Assembly (NCBI GenBank): GCA_041389045.1
Contig: JAWKSQ010000001.1
Span: 139,063 to 203,062, forward strand
DNA from: Minisyncoccota bacterium
GTDB lineage: Bacteria > Patescibacteriota > Minisyncoccia > Phycocordibacterales > UBA918
Reading direction: 5' to 3'
DNA: 64,000 nt
Made by a program: the position numbers and the translations under genes. The notes under the pieces were generated by a model. It was given only the letters and a program-made list of their open reading frames with translations, was not told the DNA's origin and ran no database searches. Each line of letters starts with the position of its first letter. Position 1 is the first letter of the stretch. Shown here one piece after another: positions 44,332-54,873 of the stretch.

Positions 44332-44975
44332 ATGAAAACAGATTTGATTTTAGGGGGAATCGTTTTAGTGTGTGTTGGTGGAGTGGCTGGCTACATGATT
44401 GCCAGCAGTGATTGGTATGAAGGGCGTGAAATGCATGATTCAATGCATGAACATATGGAAGATGATGACCGCAGTGAAGTGAGAGACACTGGTATGCTAG
44501 GTGGGGTGGAGGAAGTGGAGTCATATGGATCACTCAATGATGATGGTTACAAGTGAACGGGATTTTCTAAGAAGGGATGATTCCGCACCATCAGGAAGCA
44601 ATTGATACAGCACAAGAAGTTTTGGTTCGTGGTGGTAGTACTCCGGAAATAAAAGCCTTGGTAGAAAATATTATCGTGGCTCAAGAAAAGGAAATTACCG
44701 ATATGAAAGCTTGGTATTTAGTTTGGTATGGTACTGAGTATGTAGACAAGGGAAATTACCAGCCAATGATGCGTGACCTTTCTGAATTATCAGGAGTAGC
44801 TCTCGATAAACGTTTTCTAGAGGATATGGTAATGCACCACCTGGGCGCTATTATGATGGCCGAGAGTGTGAGACCCTATATTGAGCATGAAGAAATTGCG
44901 GATTTAGCAGACGCTATCGTTAAGACTCAGTCAAGTGAGATTGAGTTGATGCGGGAAATGCTGAAGGATTTATAG
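44332..44975 (+). pseudogene. DUF305 domain protein, two frame interruptions
   Basis: A TM N-terminus (frame 1), then ..WSHMDHSMMMVTSERDFLRR (second frame, 44501-44578), then MIPHHQEAIDTAQ..MVMHHLGAIMMAE (ORF 44577-44975). The second shift is at the G3 run 44574-44576. Confidence 0.65.
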
Positions 44976-45083
44976 TCTTTATTTCTTATAACAAACGACC
45001 CAACTTTGTTGGGTCGTTTGTTATAATTAAGGGTATGACTATGAATACTCTGCTACTTATAGGCATGAAGATTTGTCTGATAA

Positions 45084-46697
45084 GTGAATAATTATATGGG
45101 AAAATTTGTTCTTTCAAAAAAATATTGGATAGCTGGCATTGCTGTGGTCGGACTCGTTGGCTGGGGAGTTTTTGGTGGTAGTAAAAGTGTTTTGCCGGAA
45201 GGGGTGGAGATCGGTGTGGTTGGCCTAGGGGAGGTTCTTGAAGTAGTTAGTGAAACTGGTTACGTCAAAGCTTCTCAGGCCGTTGAGATGGCTTTTGAGA
45301 GAGGTGGACGAGTCACTGAAGTATTGGTCGAGAGTGGTTCGGTGGTAGAAGCTGGTGATGTATTAATGAAGCTTGATTCTGCATCAGCCGAAGCAGACTT
45401 GGTTTCCGCTTACGCTCGTTTGGAAGCAGAGCAGGTCCGCTTAAGGGAACTTTTGTCAGGAGCTGATACCAATAGTCTGGCAGTGACTAAGTCCGCGGTG
45501 GTATCGGCTGAGACGGCTTTAGCTAATGCGAAAAGAAACTTAGAGGAAGTAATCGCTCAGCAAAACCAGTTGGTAGTTAGTGCAGAAAAAACTCTTCGTT
45601 CAACGGGTCTGCAAGCATATTTAGTAAGTGAAGAAAAAGCAAACTCAAGTTATGTATACACGGCTCCAACTATTACCGGGACTTACAACAGTGAAGTAGA
45701 AGGGGTCTATCGATTAGAGTTGTACAGCTCAGGCGCACCGTCAGGTGCTTCGTATCGTGTACTTGGTTTGGAAAACATGACCGAAGCAGTGTCTACCGTT
45801 AGTCCGACGCCGGTTGGCACGAGAGGTTTGTTTGTACAATTTCCAAATAATTTTGCGAAGCAAACTGAGTGGGAGATTCCAATTCCTAACACTCGCTCAG
45901 CCAGTTATCTGACTAATTTAAATACCTACCAGGCAGTGGTAGAAGGTAGGAAGGTGGCCATAGCCACCGCCGAAAGTGCTGTGAAAGTAGCTGAAGCTAA
46001 CTTAAAGCAAAGTCAGACTCAGCTTACCCAGGTGTCTGGTTCGGCTCGTGATGAGAGAGTTTTGGCTCAGCAGGCTTTGGTCAAACAAATGGAGGCGTCG
46101 GTTATTTCAGCCCAAGTGCAGTACGACCACCTGACCCTCAAAGCTCCTTTTGCGGGGAAGGTGACTAAAGTTTCGGTTGATCCTGGAGTGATTGTGTCTC
46201 CTACAGTCCCAGTAGTGTCGCTTATTTCTGGTGACAACTATGAGCTGGTGGTAAATATCTCTGAGTCTGATATTCAAGAAATAAATATTGGCGATACCGC
46301 TACCGTTATTTTTGACGCTTATGATGATGGGTTGTTTGAAGCTAAGGTGATTAGGATCTCACCGAGTGCAGAAGTTTCGGAGGGAGTGAGATCTTTTGAA
46401 ATGATTTTGCAATTTATCAATCAGGATGATCGAATCAGGGCTGGTCTATCAGCTGATATTGATATCTTAGCCGAAAAGAGAACTGACGTTATTGTGGTTC
46501 CGACACGAGCGATAGTTGAACAAACTGATGGCAAGTTTGTCCGGACTTGGGATGGTACAACACTCAATTATCTTCCTGTGAAAACTGGTTTAAGAGGTTC
46601 AAATGGAATGACCGAAATAGTTAGTGGTCTGACTGAGGGAACAGAAATAATTACTTTTGCCCGAGAAGCGGATATTGAAAAACTAGAAGCTAATTAG
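45084..46697 (+). CDS. efflux membrane-fusion (HlyD/MacA-like) adaptor protein
   Basis: N-terminal TM, biotinyl-lipoyl-like hairpin (GDVLMKLD), long coiled coil, beta-barrel (LKAPFAGKVTKV). Start could be ATG 45096. Confidence 0.8.
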   Translation: MNNYMGKFVLSKKYWIAGIAVVGLVGWGVFGGSKSVLPEGVEIGVVGLGEVLEVVSETGYVKASQAVEMAFERGGRVTEVLVESGSVVEAGDVLMKLDSASAEADLVSAYARLEAEQVRLRELLSGADTNSLAVTKSAVVSAETALANAKRNLEEVIAQQNQLVVSAEKTLRSTGLQAYLVSEEKANSSYVYTAPTITGTYNSEVEGVYRLELYSSGAPSGASYRVLGLENMTEAVSTVSPTPVGTRGLFVQFPNNFAKQTEWEIPIPNTRSASYLTNLNTYQAVVEGRKVAIATAESAVKVAEANLKQSQTQLTQVSGSARDERVLAQQALVKQMEASVISAQVQYDHLTLKAPFAGKVTKVSVDPGVIVSPTVPVVSLISGDNYELVVNISESDIQEINIGDTATVIFDAYDDGLFEAKVIRISPSAEVSEGVRSFEMILQFINQDDRIRAGLSADIDILAEKRTDVIVVPTRAIVEQTDGKFVRTWDGTTLNYLPVKTGLRGSNGMTEIVSGLTEGTEIITFAREADIEKLEAN

Positions 46698-46702
46698 CTA
46701 TT

Positions 46703-47422
46703 ATGAGTCTCTTTGAGTTACATAATCTAGAAAAAACTTTCACTAGTCATGGTATAGAAACAAAAGTTTTACGCGGGATTAACTTTACGATTGAAGCCGG
46801 GGAGTTTGTTTCTATTATGGGGCCTTCTGGTTCTGGTAAATCAACTCTACTAAATATTTTAGGTTTTTTGCTAGATAATACGGGAGGGGAGTATAAGTTT
46901 AATGGTAAGCGGTACGATGATCATACCGAGGACGAGATTGCGAGAATCAGAAATAGAGAAATGGGTTTTGTCTTTCAAACCTTCAACTTACTTCCGCGTC
47001 TAAGTGTGTTTGAAAATATTCAGCTACCACTAATGTATTCGGGACGGCCGGAATCAGAATGGAAAGGGCGAGTAGCAGAGGTGATAGATATTGTTGGGCT
47101 AGGACACCGGAGTGATTTTGAAACCTATAAACTCTCGGGAGGCGAAAAGCAACGCGTCGCTATTGCGCGAGCACTTGTTAATGGGCCAAATGTTATTTTT
47201 GCCGATGAACCGACTGGCAACTTAGACTCGAAGTCAGGTGGAGCAATTATGCAGACTCTGCAGAGGCTTCATGATGAGTTTGGTCATACTGTTCTTTTGA
47301 TTACCCATGAGACTTTTACGGCGGAGCATGCCGACCGAATGATTTATATTGTCGACGGCCAGGTTGAGAGTGATAAGAAAATAACTAACCGACGCAATGC
47401 TAACGAAGATTTTATAAAATAG
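46703..47422 (+). CDS. ABC transporter ATP-binding protein (MacB/LolD-like)
   Basis: Walker [10 protein letters not shown], signature [15 protein letters not shown], Walker [12 protein letters not shown]. Confidence 0.9.
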   Translation: MSLFELHNLEKTFTSHGIETKVLRGINFTIEAGEFVSIMGPSGSGKSTLLNILGFLLDNTGGEYKFNGKRYDDHTEDEIARIRNREMGFVFQTFNLLPRLSVFENIQLPLMYSGRPESEWKGRVAEVIDIVGLGHRSDFETYKLSGGEKQRVAIARALVNGPNVIFADEPTGNLDSKSGGAIMQTLQRLHDEFGHTVLLITHETFTAEHADRMIYIVDGQVESDKKITNRRNANEDFIK

Positions 47423-47425
47423 CTT

Positions 47426-48667
47426 ATGCCATTTAAACATACTATTTTCACTGCTATCCAAGCTCTGCAAGGACATAAGTCCCGGTCGGTTTTAACTATC
47501 CTAGGTATCGTTATTGGGGTGGCCGCAATTATTCTGGTGATGTCGATTGGAAAAGGAGTTGAAGCTTTGATACTTAATGAGGTGAGTGGGTTGGGTCCAG
47601 AAACAGTAGTGCTTAGGCCAGGCGGTAATTTGACGGATATTACGCAAACCCTATATTCACAGTCAATCACGACGGCCGATATTGAAGCTTTAAAGAAGAA
47701 ACAGAACGTCCCTAACTTGATTGAAGTAGCACCTTTCGTTATTTCTTATGAACCACTTGAATATCAAGGTAGTTTATATCGACCTTCTATCTTTGGCGCA
47801 CCGGCTGATTTTATAGTTAATTTGTTTGACCTAACTTTGACTGAGGGTCATATCTATACTGACGATGACATTGATCAAGAAGCCAGGGTAGCTGTCATCG
47901 GGTCTGAGATTCGGGAAGAGGTCTTTGGTAGTTCTCGAGCTGTTGGTAAGCAGATAAAAATCAAAGATAAAAAGTTTAAGGTTGTCGGAGTGTTAGAGGA
48001 TAGGGGTAATGTTGGTGGTTTTAATATAGACACACTTGTTCTGATTCCTTATACCTCAGTCCAGACGTACATTACTGGTACGGATTATTTTGCTGAGGTG
48101 ATGATCCGGGCGGATTCTCCGGCGAATGTCGACAAATTGGCTTACGATGTGTGGGCGACCCTGAGGGATACTCACGATTTGAGTCTGCATGAAGAGGATG
48201 ATTTTAATATCACTACTCAAGAAGAGACGATTGAATCCATTGAAACTATCGTCGACATTTTCACTTGGTTTTTGATTGCCATGGTCGCTATCTCTTTGGT
48301 GGTTGGGGGAGTCGGTATCATGAATATTATGTTGGTGTCGGTATCGGAACGGACTAAAGAGATTGGTCTGAGAAAGGCACTGGGTGCCACGAATAGGGAC
48401 ATTCTGAGTCAGTTTCTATCTGAGGCTGTGATACTGACTAGTTTGGGAGGAGTGCTGGGTATTGTGATTGGCACTAGTGTTTCGTTTTTAATATCGGTTA
48501 TCTTAATCAATACCGTTGAAGCTACTAGTAATTGGGAATTTATTTTCCCAATCTCAGGTTCAATACTCGGAGTCGGTGTGTCAGCCACGGTCGGTCTTAT
48601 CTTTGGTATTTATCCCGCCAACCAAGCTGCTAAGAAAAGTCCTATCGAAGCCCTGCGGTATGAGTAA
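47426..48667 (+). CDS. ABC transporter permease, MacB-like (periplasmic domain + FtsX domain)
   Basis: TM1, then a large extracytoplasmic domain, then a three-TM FtsX-type C-terminus (ERTKEIGLRKALGA). Confidence 0.85.
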   Translation: MPFKHTIFTAIQALQGHKSRSVLTILGIVIGVAAIILVMSIGKGVEALILNEVSGLGPETVVLRPGGNLTDITQTLYSQSITTADIEALKKKQNVPNLIEVAPFVISYEPLEYQGSLYRPSIFGAPADFIVNLFDLTLTEGHIYTDDDIDQEARVAVIGSEIREEVFGSSRAVGKQIKIKDKKFKVVGVLEDRGNVGGFNIDTLVLIPYTSVQTYITGTDYFAEVMIRADSPANVDKLAYDVWATLRDTHDLSLHEEDDFNITTQEETIESIETIVDIFTWFLIAMVAISLVVGGVGIMNIMLVSVSERTKEIGLRKALGATNRDILSQFLSEAVILTSLGGVLGIVIGTSVSFLISVILINTVEATSNWEFIFPISGSILGVGVSATVGLIFGIYPANQAAKKSPIEALRYE

Positions 48668-48786
48668 CCCGTCTAAGTTTCATTAGTTATTGATGTTCGG
48701 TTGCAAGATATTTTAAATCACTTTTATACATATCCGACAAGGAAAAGATTTTTTATTTGAGTGCTCATCGGTCGTTAGTTTGGTGC

Positions 48787-48815
48787 TTGCAGGTTATACC
48801 CCCTGGGGGTATAAT
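48787..48815 (+). promoter_or_regulatory. orphan promoter-like module with the same G/C-tract palindrome as the csoR-copB promoter
   Basis: TTGCAG (48787-48792), 17-nt spacer, TATAAT (48810-48815). 19-bp perfect palindrome TATACCCCCTGGGGGTATA at 48795-48813. Confidence 0.5.
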
Positions 48816-49209
48816 GATGTGGTTAAAGCATCGATCGTAGGATTTATTTCGATTAGGTCAACGGACTTTTTGTTAGCAAATTCGTCCCATAAAAATATCA
48901 CATCACATTTCTGTTCTTTGTCGTTGGTCCATTCCGGTGGGACTAGGGAACATATTTTTGTATGTTAAGACTGTCTCGTAAGAGTACCTTGATGTTTAAC
49001 TTAAACGTATCTTTTATAACTTTCTCAATTTCTTCAGTTAATTTCTTCGTGTCTGTCTTCTTTGTTTCAAAGATTATATTGCCAGAATTGATGTAGGTGA
49101 TGACATTGTTATAGCCCAGTGACTCAAAGCATACTTTGAGTTTAGTCATCTCTACCTTGTTATTCCCTCCAACATTAATTCCTCGAAGCAGGGCGACATA
49201 CTTTTTCAT
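48794..49209 (-). pseudogene. DUF1697 domain protein, frameshifted and truncated
   Basis: MKKYVALLRGINVGGNNKVEM.. (ORF 48943-49209) continues in another frame as ..SLVPPEWTNDKEQKCDVIFLWDEFANKK.. and stops at 48794-48796, short of the usual family length. Confidence 0.6.
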
Positions 49210-49470
49210 CGTAAAAATATTATAACAAGTTTTAATTTCTCTATAGAGTAGCTATAAAAAACTAATGTAGCACTGCTTCAAAATGATCGGTACCAGGGTA
49301 ATCTTTCGCTACACGAACGGTACAGTTTTCACACCTTACTTCGCCAAAGGCTCGTTTCGGCATGTTCAAACTCTTCGATTCTCGACGCTAGTGACGTAGG
49401 TCACTAGCTGTAGCCTAGTCATAAAAAAGAAACCTCTCCCGAAAAGGGGAGAAGCTTCGTTTTCCTGATG

Positions 49471-49543
49471 GGCGATCACAGGGAATCGAACCCTGATTAC
49501 CGGTACCACAAACCGGAGTATTAGCCGTTATACGATGATCGCC
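49471..49543 (-). tRNA. tRNA-His (anticodon GTG) with encoded G-1
   Basis: GGCGATCA../..TGATCGCC acceptor including the G-1:C73 pair, anticodon stem CCGGT/ACCGG with loop TTGTGGT, T arm CAGGG-TTCGATT-CCCTG. Confidence 0.8.
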
Positions 49544-49795
49544 ATGATGTTTTGTAGGTGCACGGCGGACCAAAGTCCGCCGTGCACCACTACAATGCGC
49601 ATAGTTATACCTATTTTTGGACAAAAAGTCGAGAGCGAGGTTTGCTCGCTTTGCGGGCTAGTGTTAAACTCAATTATTATATGGACCAAGAAGGACTAAT
49701 GGTCACGCTATTTTTTACCTTTATGCTCTCGGCCGGGGTGGGTTTTTATTTAGCTCGGTTTATTTTTTAAGGTGGTAAGTTAAATACTGGTCTTG

Positions 49796-50938
49796 ATGTT
49801 AAAAATAACTTTTATAAAAAAACTTTACCTACTAGCTGTTTTGGTCGGTGCCTTTTTTGTCTCAACACAAGCTACTCTGGCTCAAGAAGTTCATCAGGAA
49901 TTTCAAGAAATAGTAAAAGCCAAAGTGATAGAGGTGGTGAGTGAAAGTGAGCGGGATATTATGGGAACCGGGGCCAAGACCACTGTTCAGGAGTTACGTA
50001 TTTTATTATTGGATGGCGAAAAGGCTGGGGAAGTGATTCGGTTTGAAAATGATCTCGTGATTTTAGAAAAAGATGACGAAATATTCGTTAATCGTTTGCA
50101 GTCTATCGATGGGACGGAGTTTTATTCGTTTAAGGATGTTGAGCGCCGTCCACCACTGGTTTTTTTGGTTCTTATTTTTGCCGGCTTAGTAGTTTGGTTA
50201 TCAGGCAAGCAGGGTCTGAGGGCATTGCTAAGTCTAAGTCTCAGTATCGGGGCCGTTATTTTTCTTTTAATACCCGCCTTACTTAAGGGTTATTCACCCG
50301 CGCTAGCTAGTTTGGTGATATCGGGACTAATTTTGTCTGTGACTTTGTTTCTTACTCATGGCTTTAAACCTCGAGTTGTCGTTACCTTTCTGGGGACTTT
50401 TAGTGCGGTGTTTATCACTTGTGCGATTGCTTATATTTGGGTGGAGTGGATGCGGTTTACGGGTTTTGGTGATGACGCTTCGGTTTATCTTAATTTTGCT
50501 ACGGGTGGAACGATTGATTTGGCGGGACTTCTACTTGGCGGAATCATCATCGGGTTACTGGGAGTTCTCGATGATGTTTCTATCACTCAAGCTTCGGTGG
50601 TGCAGGAGCTAAAGGGAGCTGACCCAGAGCTTGGTTTTAGAGAATTGTATGAAAAAGCTCTTAGAGTTGGGCGCGACCATGTTGGGTCGCTTGTGAACAC
50701 CTTGGCTTTAGCATACGTCGGGGCATCACTGCCAATGTTATTACTCTTCTCTTACTCGGCGTCGCCGATAATTGATTTAGTTAATCAGGAAATCATTGCC
50801 GCAGAAATCGTGCGAATTATAGTCGGTAGCATTGGACTAGTTTTGGCCGTGCCAATCACGACCGCTCTAGCGGCCTGGTATTTTAAAGATAAGAAAGTTG
50901 ACACTCATGAAGATTGTGGCCATAGTCACGTCCACTAA
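49796..50938 (+). CDS. YibE/F family membrane protein
   Basis: Signal/TM, an extracytoplasmic domain, then a multi-TM region with GVLDDVSITQASVV. His-rich C-terminus. Confidence 0.7.
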   Translation: MLKITFIKKLYLLAVLVGAFFVSTQATLAQEVHQEFQEIVKAKVIEVVSESERDIMGTGAKTTVQELRILLLDGEKAGEVIRFENDLVILEKDDEIFVNRLQSIDGTEFYSFKDVERRPPLVFLVLIFAGLVVWLSGKQGLRALLSLSLSIGAVIFLLIPALLKGYSPALASLVISGLILSVTLFLTHGFKPRVVVTFLGTFSAVFITCAIAYIWVEWMRFTGFGDDASVYLNFATGGTIDLAGLLLGGIIIGLLGVLDDVSITQASVVQELKGADPELGFRELYEKALRVGRDHVGSLVNTLALAYVGASLPMLLLFSYSASPIIDLVNQEIIAAEIVRIIVGSIGLVLAVPITTALAAWYFKDKKVDTHEDCGHSHVH

Positions 50939-50990
50939 AGTCTTGAGTTATAATTAAATAGACATTACAAATAATCCTATAAAGAGTTTT

Positions 50991-51383
50991 ATGAAAAATT
51001 TCGTTGAAGAGTTCAAAGCCTTTGCCATGAAGGGCAATGTGGTAGATTTGGCGGTAGCGGTGGTTATTGGTGCTGCTTTTGGCAAAATTGTCTCATCTTT
51101 GGTTGAGAACATTGTGATGCCACTAATTGGATTATTACTAGGCGGAGTTAACTTCACTACTTGGGCGTACCAGATTGGTGAAGGGGACGAGGCGGTTGTA
51201 GTAGCTTATGGTTTGTTTATCCAAAACGTCTTTGACTTCTTAGTGATTGCTTTTGCTGTCTTTATGGCTATTAAGTTGATGAGTCGATTACAAAAGAAGG
51301 AAGAAGAAGCGCCAGCCGCACCTAAGGCTCCGGCGGAGGACATTGTGCTACTTCGTGAGATTCGCGATAGCTTGAAGCGATAG
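50991..51383 (+). CDS. mscL: large-conductance mechanosensitive channel
   Basis: [40 protein letters not shown]. Confidence 0.9.
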   Translation: MKNFVEEFKAFAMKGNVVDLAVAVVIGAAFGKIVSSLVENIVMPLIGLLLGGVNFTTWAYQIGEGDEAVVVAYGLFIQNVFDFLVIAFAVFMAIKLMSRLQKKEEEAPAAPKAPAEDIVLLREIRDSLKR

Positions 51384-51806
51384 AGTTAAAATTCCAAAAG
51401 AAAATCCGCCCCTTGGGTGGATTTTCTTTAATAAAAGCGCCCAGGTTACCCAAATGAAGGTAAATTTTTAGCAATTAAGGGCGAAATTATGTTGACGACA
51501 GGTTAATTATTTGTCTTAAAGAGTTATCCACTCCGAGTCCACATTGTTTTAGGCCATTTTGACAAAGTCCCTCTTTGAGAAAATGCTATTATCTAATTAC
51601 GCACGAGTCTCTCCACCGTGTGTCGGAGGTAGTTTCAGGCACGCTTTACTTAAGTCTTAGCCAACTTAGGTGGGGTTGTTTGTAACTAATTCAATATCTT
51701 TCTTAAACCTAATTGTCGTCACTGTTATACAAGCAGTTCACTACCACCGATTATGTTTGTGAGAGATATTATCTGAGGATATTTTTATTAGCGTGTTAGT
51801 AGTGAT

Positions 51807-53120
51807 ATGGAAATCAAAAATATTCGTAAGCGTGATGGTTCGGTTCAATCTTTCAATATTGAAAAAGTTGAAAGTGCTATCCTTAAAGCCTTATACGAAA
51901 CGCAAGAAGGTGAGGTCGCTGATGCTAAAAAAGTTACCGATCTAGTTTTGAAAAAAACGGTCGACATGTGTGTGCAGGCTGCTTCCGCTACACCGGACTC
52001 ACCAGAAGCAAAGAAGTGTGTCGATGGGCATCCGGCCGTAGAAGAAATACAAGACTTGGTAGAACAGTCCTTAATGGAACTGGGTTATTTCGATACAGCC
52101 AAGGCGTATATCTTATATCGTAGCGCTCGCAAAAAACTCCGTGAACGCGACATCTTCAAGAAGCGGGTAAATCTTAAGCCTTACGAATATCCAGAACTCA
52201 ACGAATACGTCAGTTCTATTCGTCACTCTTACTGGATTCATACGGAATTCAATTACACCAGTGACGTTAATGATTTCCACGTCAATGTTTCGGCAGCGGA
52301 GAGGAATACCATGAAAAATGCGATGTTGGCTATTGCTCAGATCGAGGTGGCGGTGAAGACTTTCTGGGGAGACATCTACAAAAAAATGCCGAAACCTGAG
52401 ATTGGCTCAGTCGGAGCCACTTTCGCTGAAAGTGAGGTGCGACACGCTGATGCCTATTCACACCTTCTGGAAATTCTTGGTCTCAATACCGAATTTGAAA
52501 GTATTACGTCTGTACCAGTGATACAGGAGCGCATCAAATACCTAGAAAAAACCATCACGCTAGCGCGGACTGATGAAAACCGTCAATACATGCACTCAGT
52601 GCTACTGTTCTCACTCTTTATTGAACACGTGTCTTTATTTTCACAGTTCCTGATCATCATGTCTTTCAACAAGCACCGAAACTTGTTTAAAGGTATTAGT
52701 AATGCAGTGGAAGCTACTTCTAAGGAAGAGCAGATACACGGAATGTTCGGAATTGATATTATTAATATCATTAAGAAAGAGCATCCAGAGTGGTTTGACG
52801 ATGCTTGTAAAGAGCTGATTATAACTTCTTGTCAGGAGGCTTTTGAAGCGGAGAGTAAGATAATAGATTGGATATATGAAGCAGGTGAGTTAGAATTCCT
52901 ACCATCGGCAAATGTGAAGGAGTTTGTGAAGCATCGTTTCAATAATTCTCTAGCTTCGATTGGTTTGCCACGGATATTTGAAGTCAGTGAAGCCCTCTTG
53001 GAAGAGACTGATTGGTTTGATAACGAAGTCATTGCGACTAAGCATGTAGACTTCTTTCACAAGCGATCAATCAACTACAACAAACGTAGTTCAAGTGTAA
53101 CGAGTGATGATTTATTTTAA
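51807..53120 (+). CDS. nrdB: class I ribonucleotide reductase beta subunit with an N-terminal ATP-cone
   Basis: ATP-cone start MEIKNIRKRDGSVQSFNIEKVESAILKA. Diiron/radical motifs ESEVRHADAY (ExxH-x3-Y), LFIEHVSLFSQF and EEQIHGMF. Confidence 0.85.
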   Translation: MEIKNIRKRDGSVQSFNIEKVESAILKALYETQEGEVADAKKVTDLVLKKTVDMCVQAASATPDSPEAKKCVDGHPAVEEIQDLVEQSLMELGYFDTAKAYILYRSARKKLRERDIFKKRVNLKPYEYPELNEYVSSIRHSYWIHTEFNYTSDVNDFHVNVSAAERNTMKNAMLAIAQIEVAVKTFWGDIYKKMPKPEIGSVGATFAESEVRHADAYSHLLEILGLNTEFESITSVPVIQERIKYLEKTITLARTDENRQYMHSVLLFSLFIEHVSLFSQFLIIMSFNKHRNLFKGISNAVEATSKEEQIHGMFGIDIINIIKKEHPEWFDDACKELIITSCQEAFEAESKIIDWIYEAGELEFLPSANVKEFVKHRFNNSLASIGLPRIFEVSEALLEETDWFDNEVIATKHVDFFHKRSINYNKRSSSVTSDDLF

Positions 53121-53145
53121 AATTATTAATTGATAAGAAAAGATT

Positions 53146-54873
53146 ATGGATTCTTGGTACTGGTTGAATGAAAATAGTCGCGGTTTTCTCGCACGAGGAT
53201 ATTTGGGTGAAGGGCAGACAGCCGAAGAGAGAATTAGAGTGATTGCTGAAGCGGCTGAGAAGTATCTCGGTCGTAAAGGTTTTGCTGATAAATTCTACGA
53301 CTATATGGGCAAGGGCTGGATTTCTCTCGCTTCACCAGTGTGGTCCAACTTCGGTATCAAGAAAGGTTTGCCGATTAGTTGCTTCGGGTCATATGTGGCG
53401 GACAACATGGGTAGTATTCTCTATACCAATGCTGAAGTCGGTATGATGAGTAAGTTTGGTGGTGGTTGCTCCGGTTTCTTTGGTGAACTACGTGGACGCG
53501 GGACTAGCATTTCTGATAACGGACAGTCTTCAGGAGCTGTGCATTTCATGCAACTATTTGAAACTTTGGTTGATGTGGTTAGCCAAGGTTCGGTGCGTCG
53601 TGGACACTTTTCTCCGTACTTGCCGGTAGAGCATCCAGATATTTTGGAATTTTTAGATATTGGTACTGAAGGTAATCCTATCCAAAAACTCACGCACGCT
53701 GTCACAGTTACTGACAAGTGGATGGAGGAAATGGTAGCAGGAGACGCCGAGAAGCGAGCAATTTGGGCTCGGGTGATTCAAAGGCGTGGTGAAATGGGTT
53801 ACCCATACATCATGTTTACTGATACTGCGAATAAGAACACGGTTCAAGTCTACAAAGACAAAAAACTCACTATCCATGCTAGTAACATGTGTAGTGAAAT
53901 CATGCTTCCGTCACGTGATGACTGGTCTTTCGTTTGCTGTTTGTCTTCAGTCAACCTTTTGCACTACGATGATTGGAAAGATACCGACCTCGTCGAGACA
54001 ATGATCGCTTTTCTGGATGCTGTAATGCAAGATTTTATTGTGAAGCTAGAGGAAATGCGTGATCATGCGGAACCAGAAAAGCGCCTTGGCTTTAGTTTTA
54101 TGGAGCGCGCCTACAACTTTGCTAAAGCTAACCGTGCGCTTGGTTTAGGTGTTCTCGGCTGGCACTCACTCTTGCAATCAAAAGAACTTTCCTTTGAGTC
54201 AGCAGAAGCCCAAAAGATGAATGTGGAAGTGTTTAAGAATATCCGTGAGAAAGCTGACTCGGCTACGGTCGAACTAGCCAAAGAGCTAGGTGAACCAGAA
54301 GTAATGAAGGGTTATGGACGACGTAACTCCACTTTGCTCGCTATTGCCCCGACCACCTCATCCGCTTTCATTTTGGGTCAAGTATCACAAGGGATTGAAC
54401 CAATTTGGTCTAACTGCTACATGAAGGACGTGGCCAAGATGAAGGTGACTATTAAGAACCCTACTCTCCAAGCTTTGCTCGTTGAGAAAGGGCAAGACAC
54501 TAAAGCGGTTTGGGACAGCATTCGTGACGCCGACGGCTCAGTTCAGCACCTAGACTTCCTTAGTGACAATGAACGAGCAGTTTTCCGCACTTTCTCAGAG
54601 ATCGATCAGTCAGTCGTCATCAAGCAGGCGTCAGAAAGACAAGAGTACATCGACCAGGGTCAGTCACTTAATATCATGGTGGCGCCGGATACACCGGTCA
54701 AGGATATCAACCAGCTGTACCTCCAGGCATGGAAGCAGGGAATTAAGTCTCTCTACTACCAGCACAGCATGAACGCCGCCCAACAAATGGTACGAAAGAA
54801 GTTGGCATCAAGAACGGAAGAGGAGAGAGTAAAAAAAGAAGGGGCGTCTTCGACGCCCCTTCTTTGTATCTGA
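53146..54873 (+). CDS. nrdA: class I ribonucleotide reductase alpha subunit, short form without an ATP-cone
   Basis: PISCFGSYV, ASNMCSEIMLPS (catalytic Cys/Glu), GLGVLGWH, and C-terminal KSLYYQ. 575 aa. Confidence 0.85.
   Translation: MDSWYWLNENSRGFLARGYLGEGQTAEERIRVIAEAAEKYLGRKGFADKFYDYMGKGWISLASPVWSNFGIKKGLPISCFGSYVADNMGSILYTNAEVGMMSKFGGGCSGFFGELRGRGTSISDNGQSSGAVHFMQLFETLVDVVSQGSVRRGHFSPYLPVEHPDILEFLDIGTEGNPIQKLTHAVTVTDKWMEEMVAGDAEKRAIWARVIQRRGEMGYPYIMFTDTANKNTVQVYKDKKLTIHASNMCSEIMLPSRDDWSFVCCLSSVNLLHYDDWKDTDLVETMIAFLDAVMQDFIVKLEEMRDHAEPEKRLGFSFMERAYNFAKANRALGLGVLGWHSLLQSKELSFESAEAQKMNVEVFKNIREKADSATVELAKELGEPEVMKGYGRRNSTLLAIAPTTSSAFILGQVSQGIEPIWSNCYMKDVAKMKVTIKNPTLQALLVEKGQDTKAVWDSIRDADGSVQHLDFLSDNERAVFRTFSEIDQSVVIKQASERQEYIDQGQSLNIMVAPDTPVKDINQLYLQAWKQGIKSLYYQHSMNAAQQMVRKKLASRTEEERVKKEGASSTPLLCI

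Noticed and set aside
49681-49770. 29-aa hydrophobic ORF (MDQEGLMVTLFFTFMLSAGVGFYLARFIF) upstream of the YibE/F gene.
   Set aside because: It is plausible as a leader peptide or small membrane protein, but there is no RBS or conservation evidence, so I did not list it as a feature.
51384-51806. Search for a riboswitch or NrdR boxes in the long nrdB leader. More generally, a search for rRNA, RNase P RNA, tmRNA and SRP RNA signature motifs across the window.
   Set aside because: I could not find a B12-box, an NrdR-box palindrome, GAGGAAAGTCC, a tmRNA tag frame or an SRP GGAA-tetraloop helix by eye. Absence by eye is not proof, and an Rfam scan is needed.
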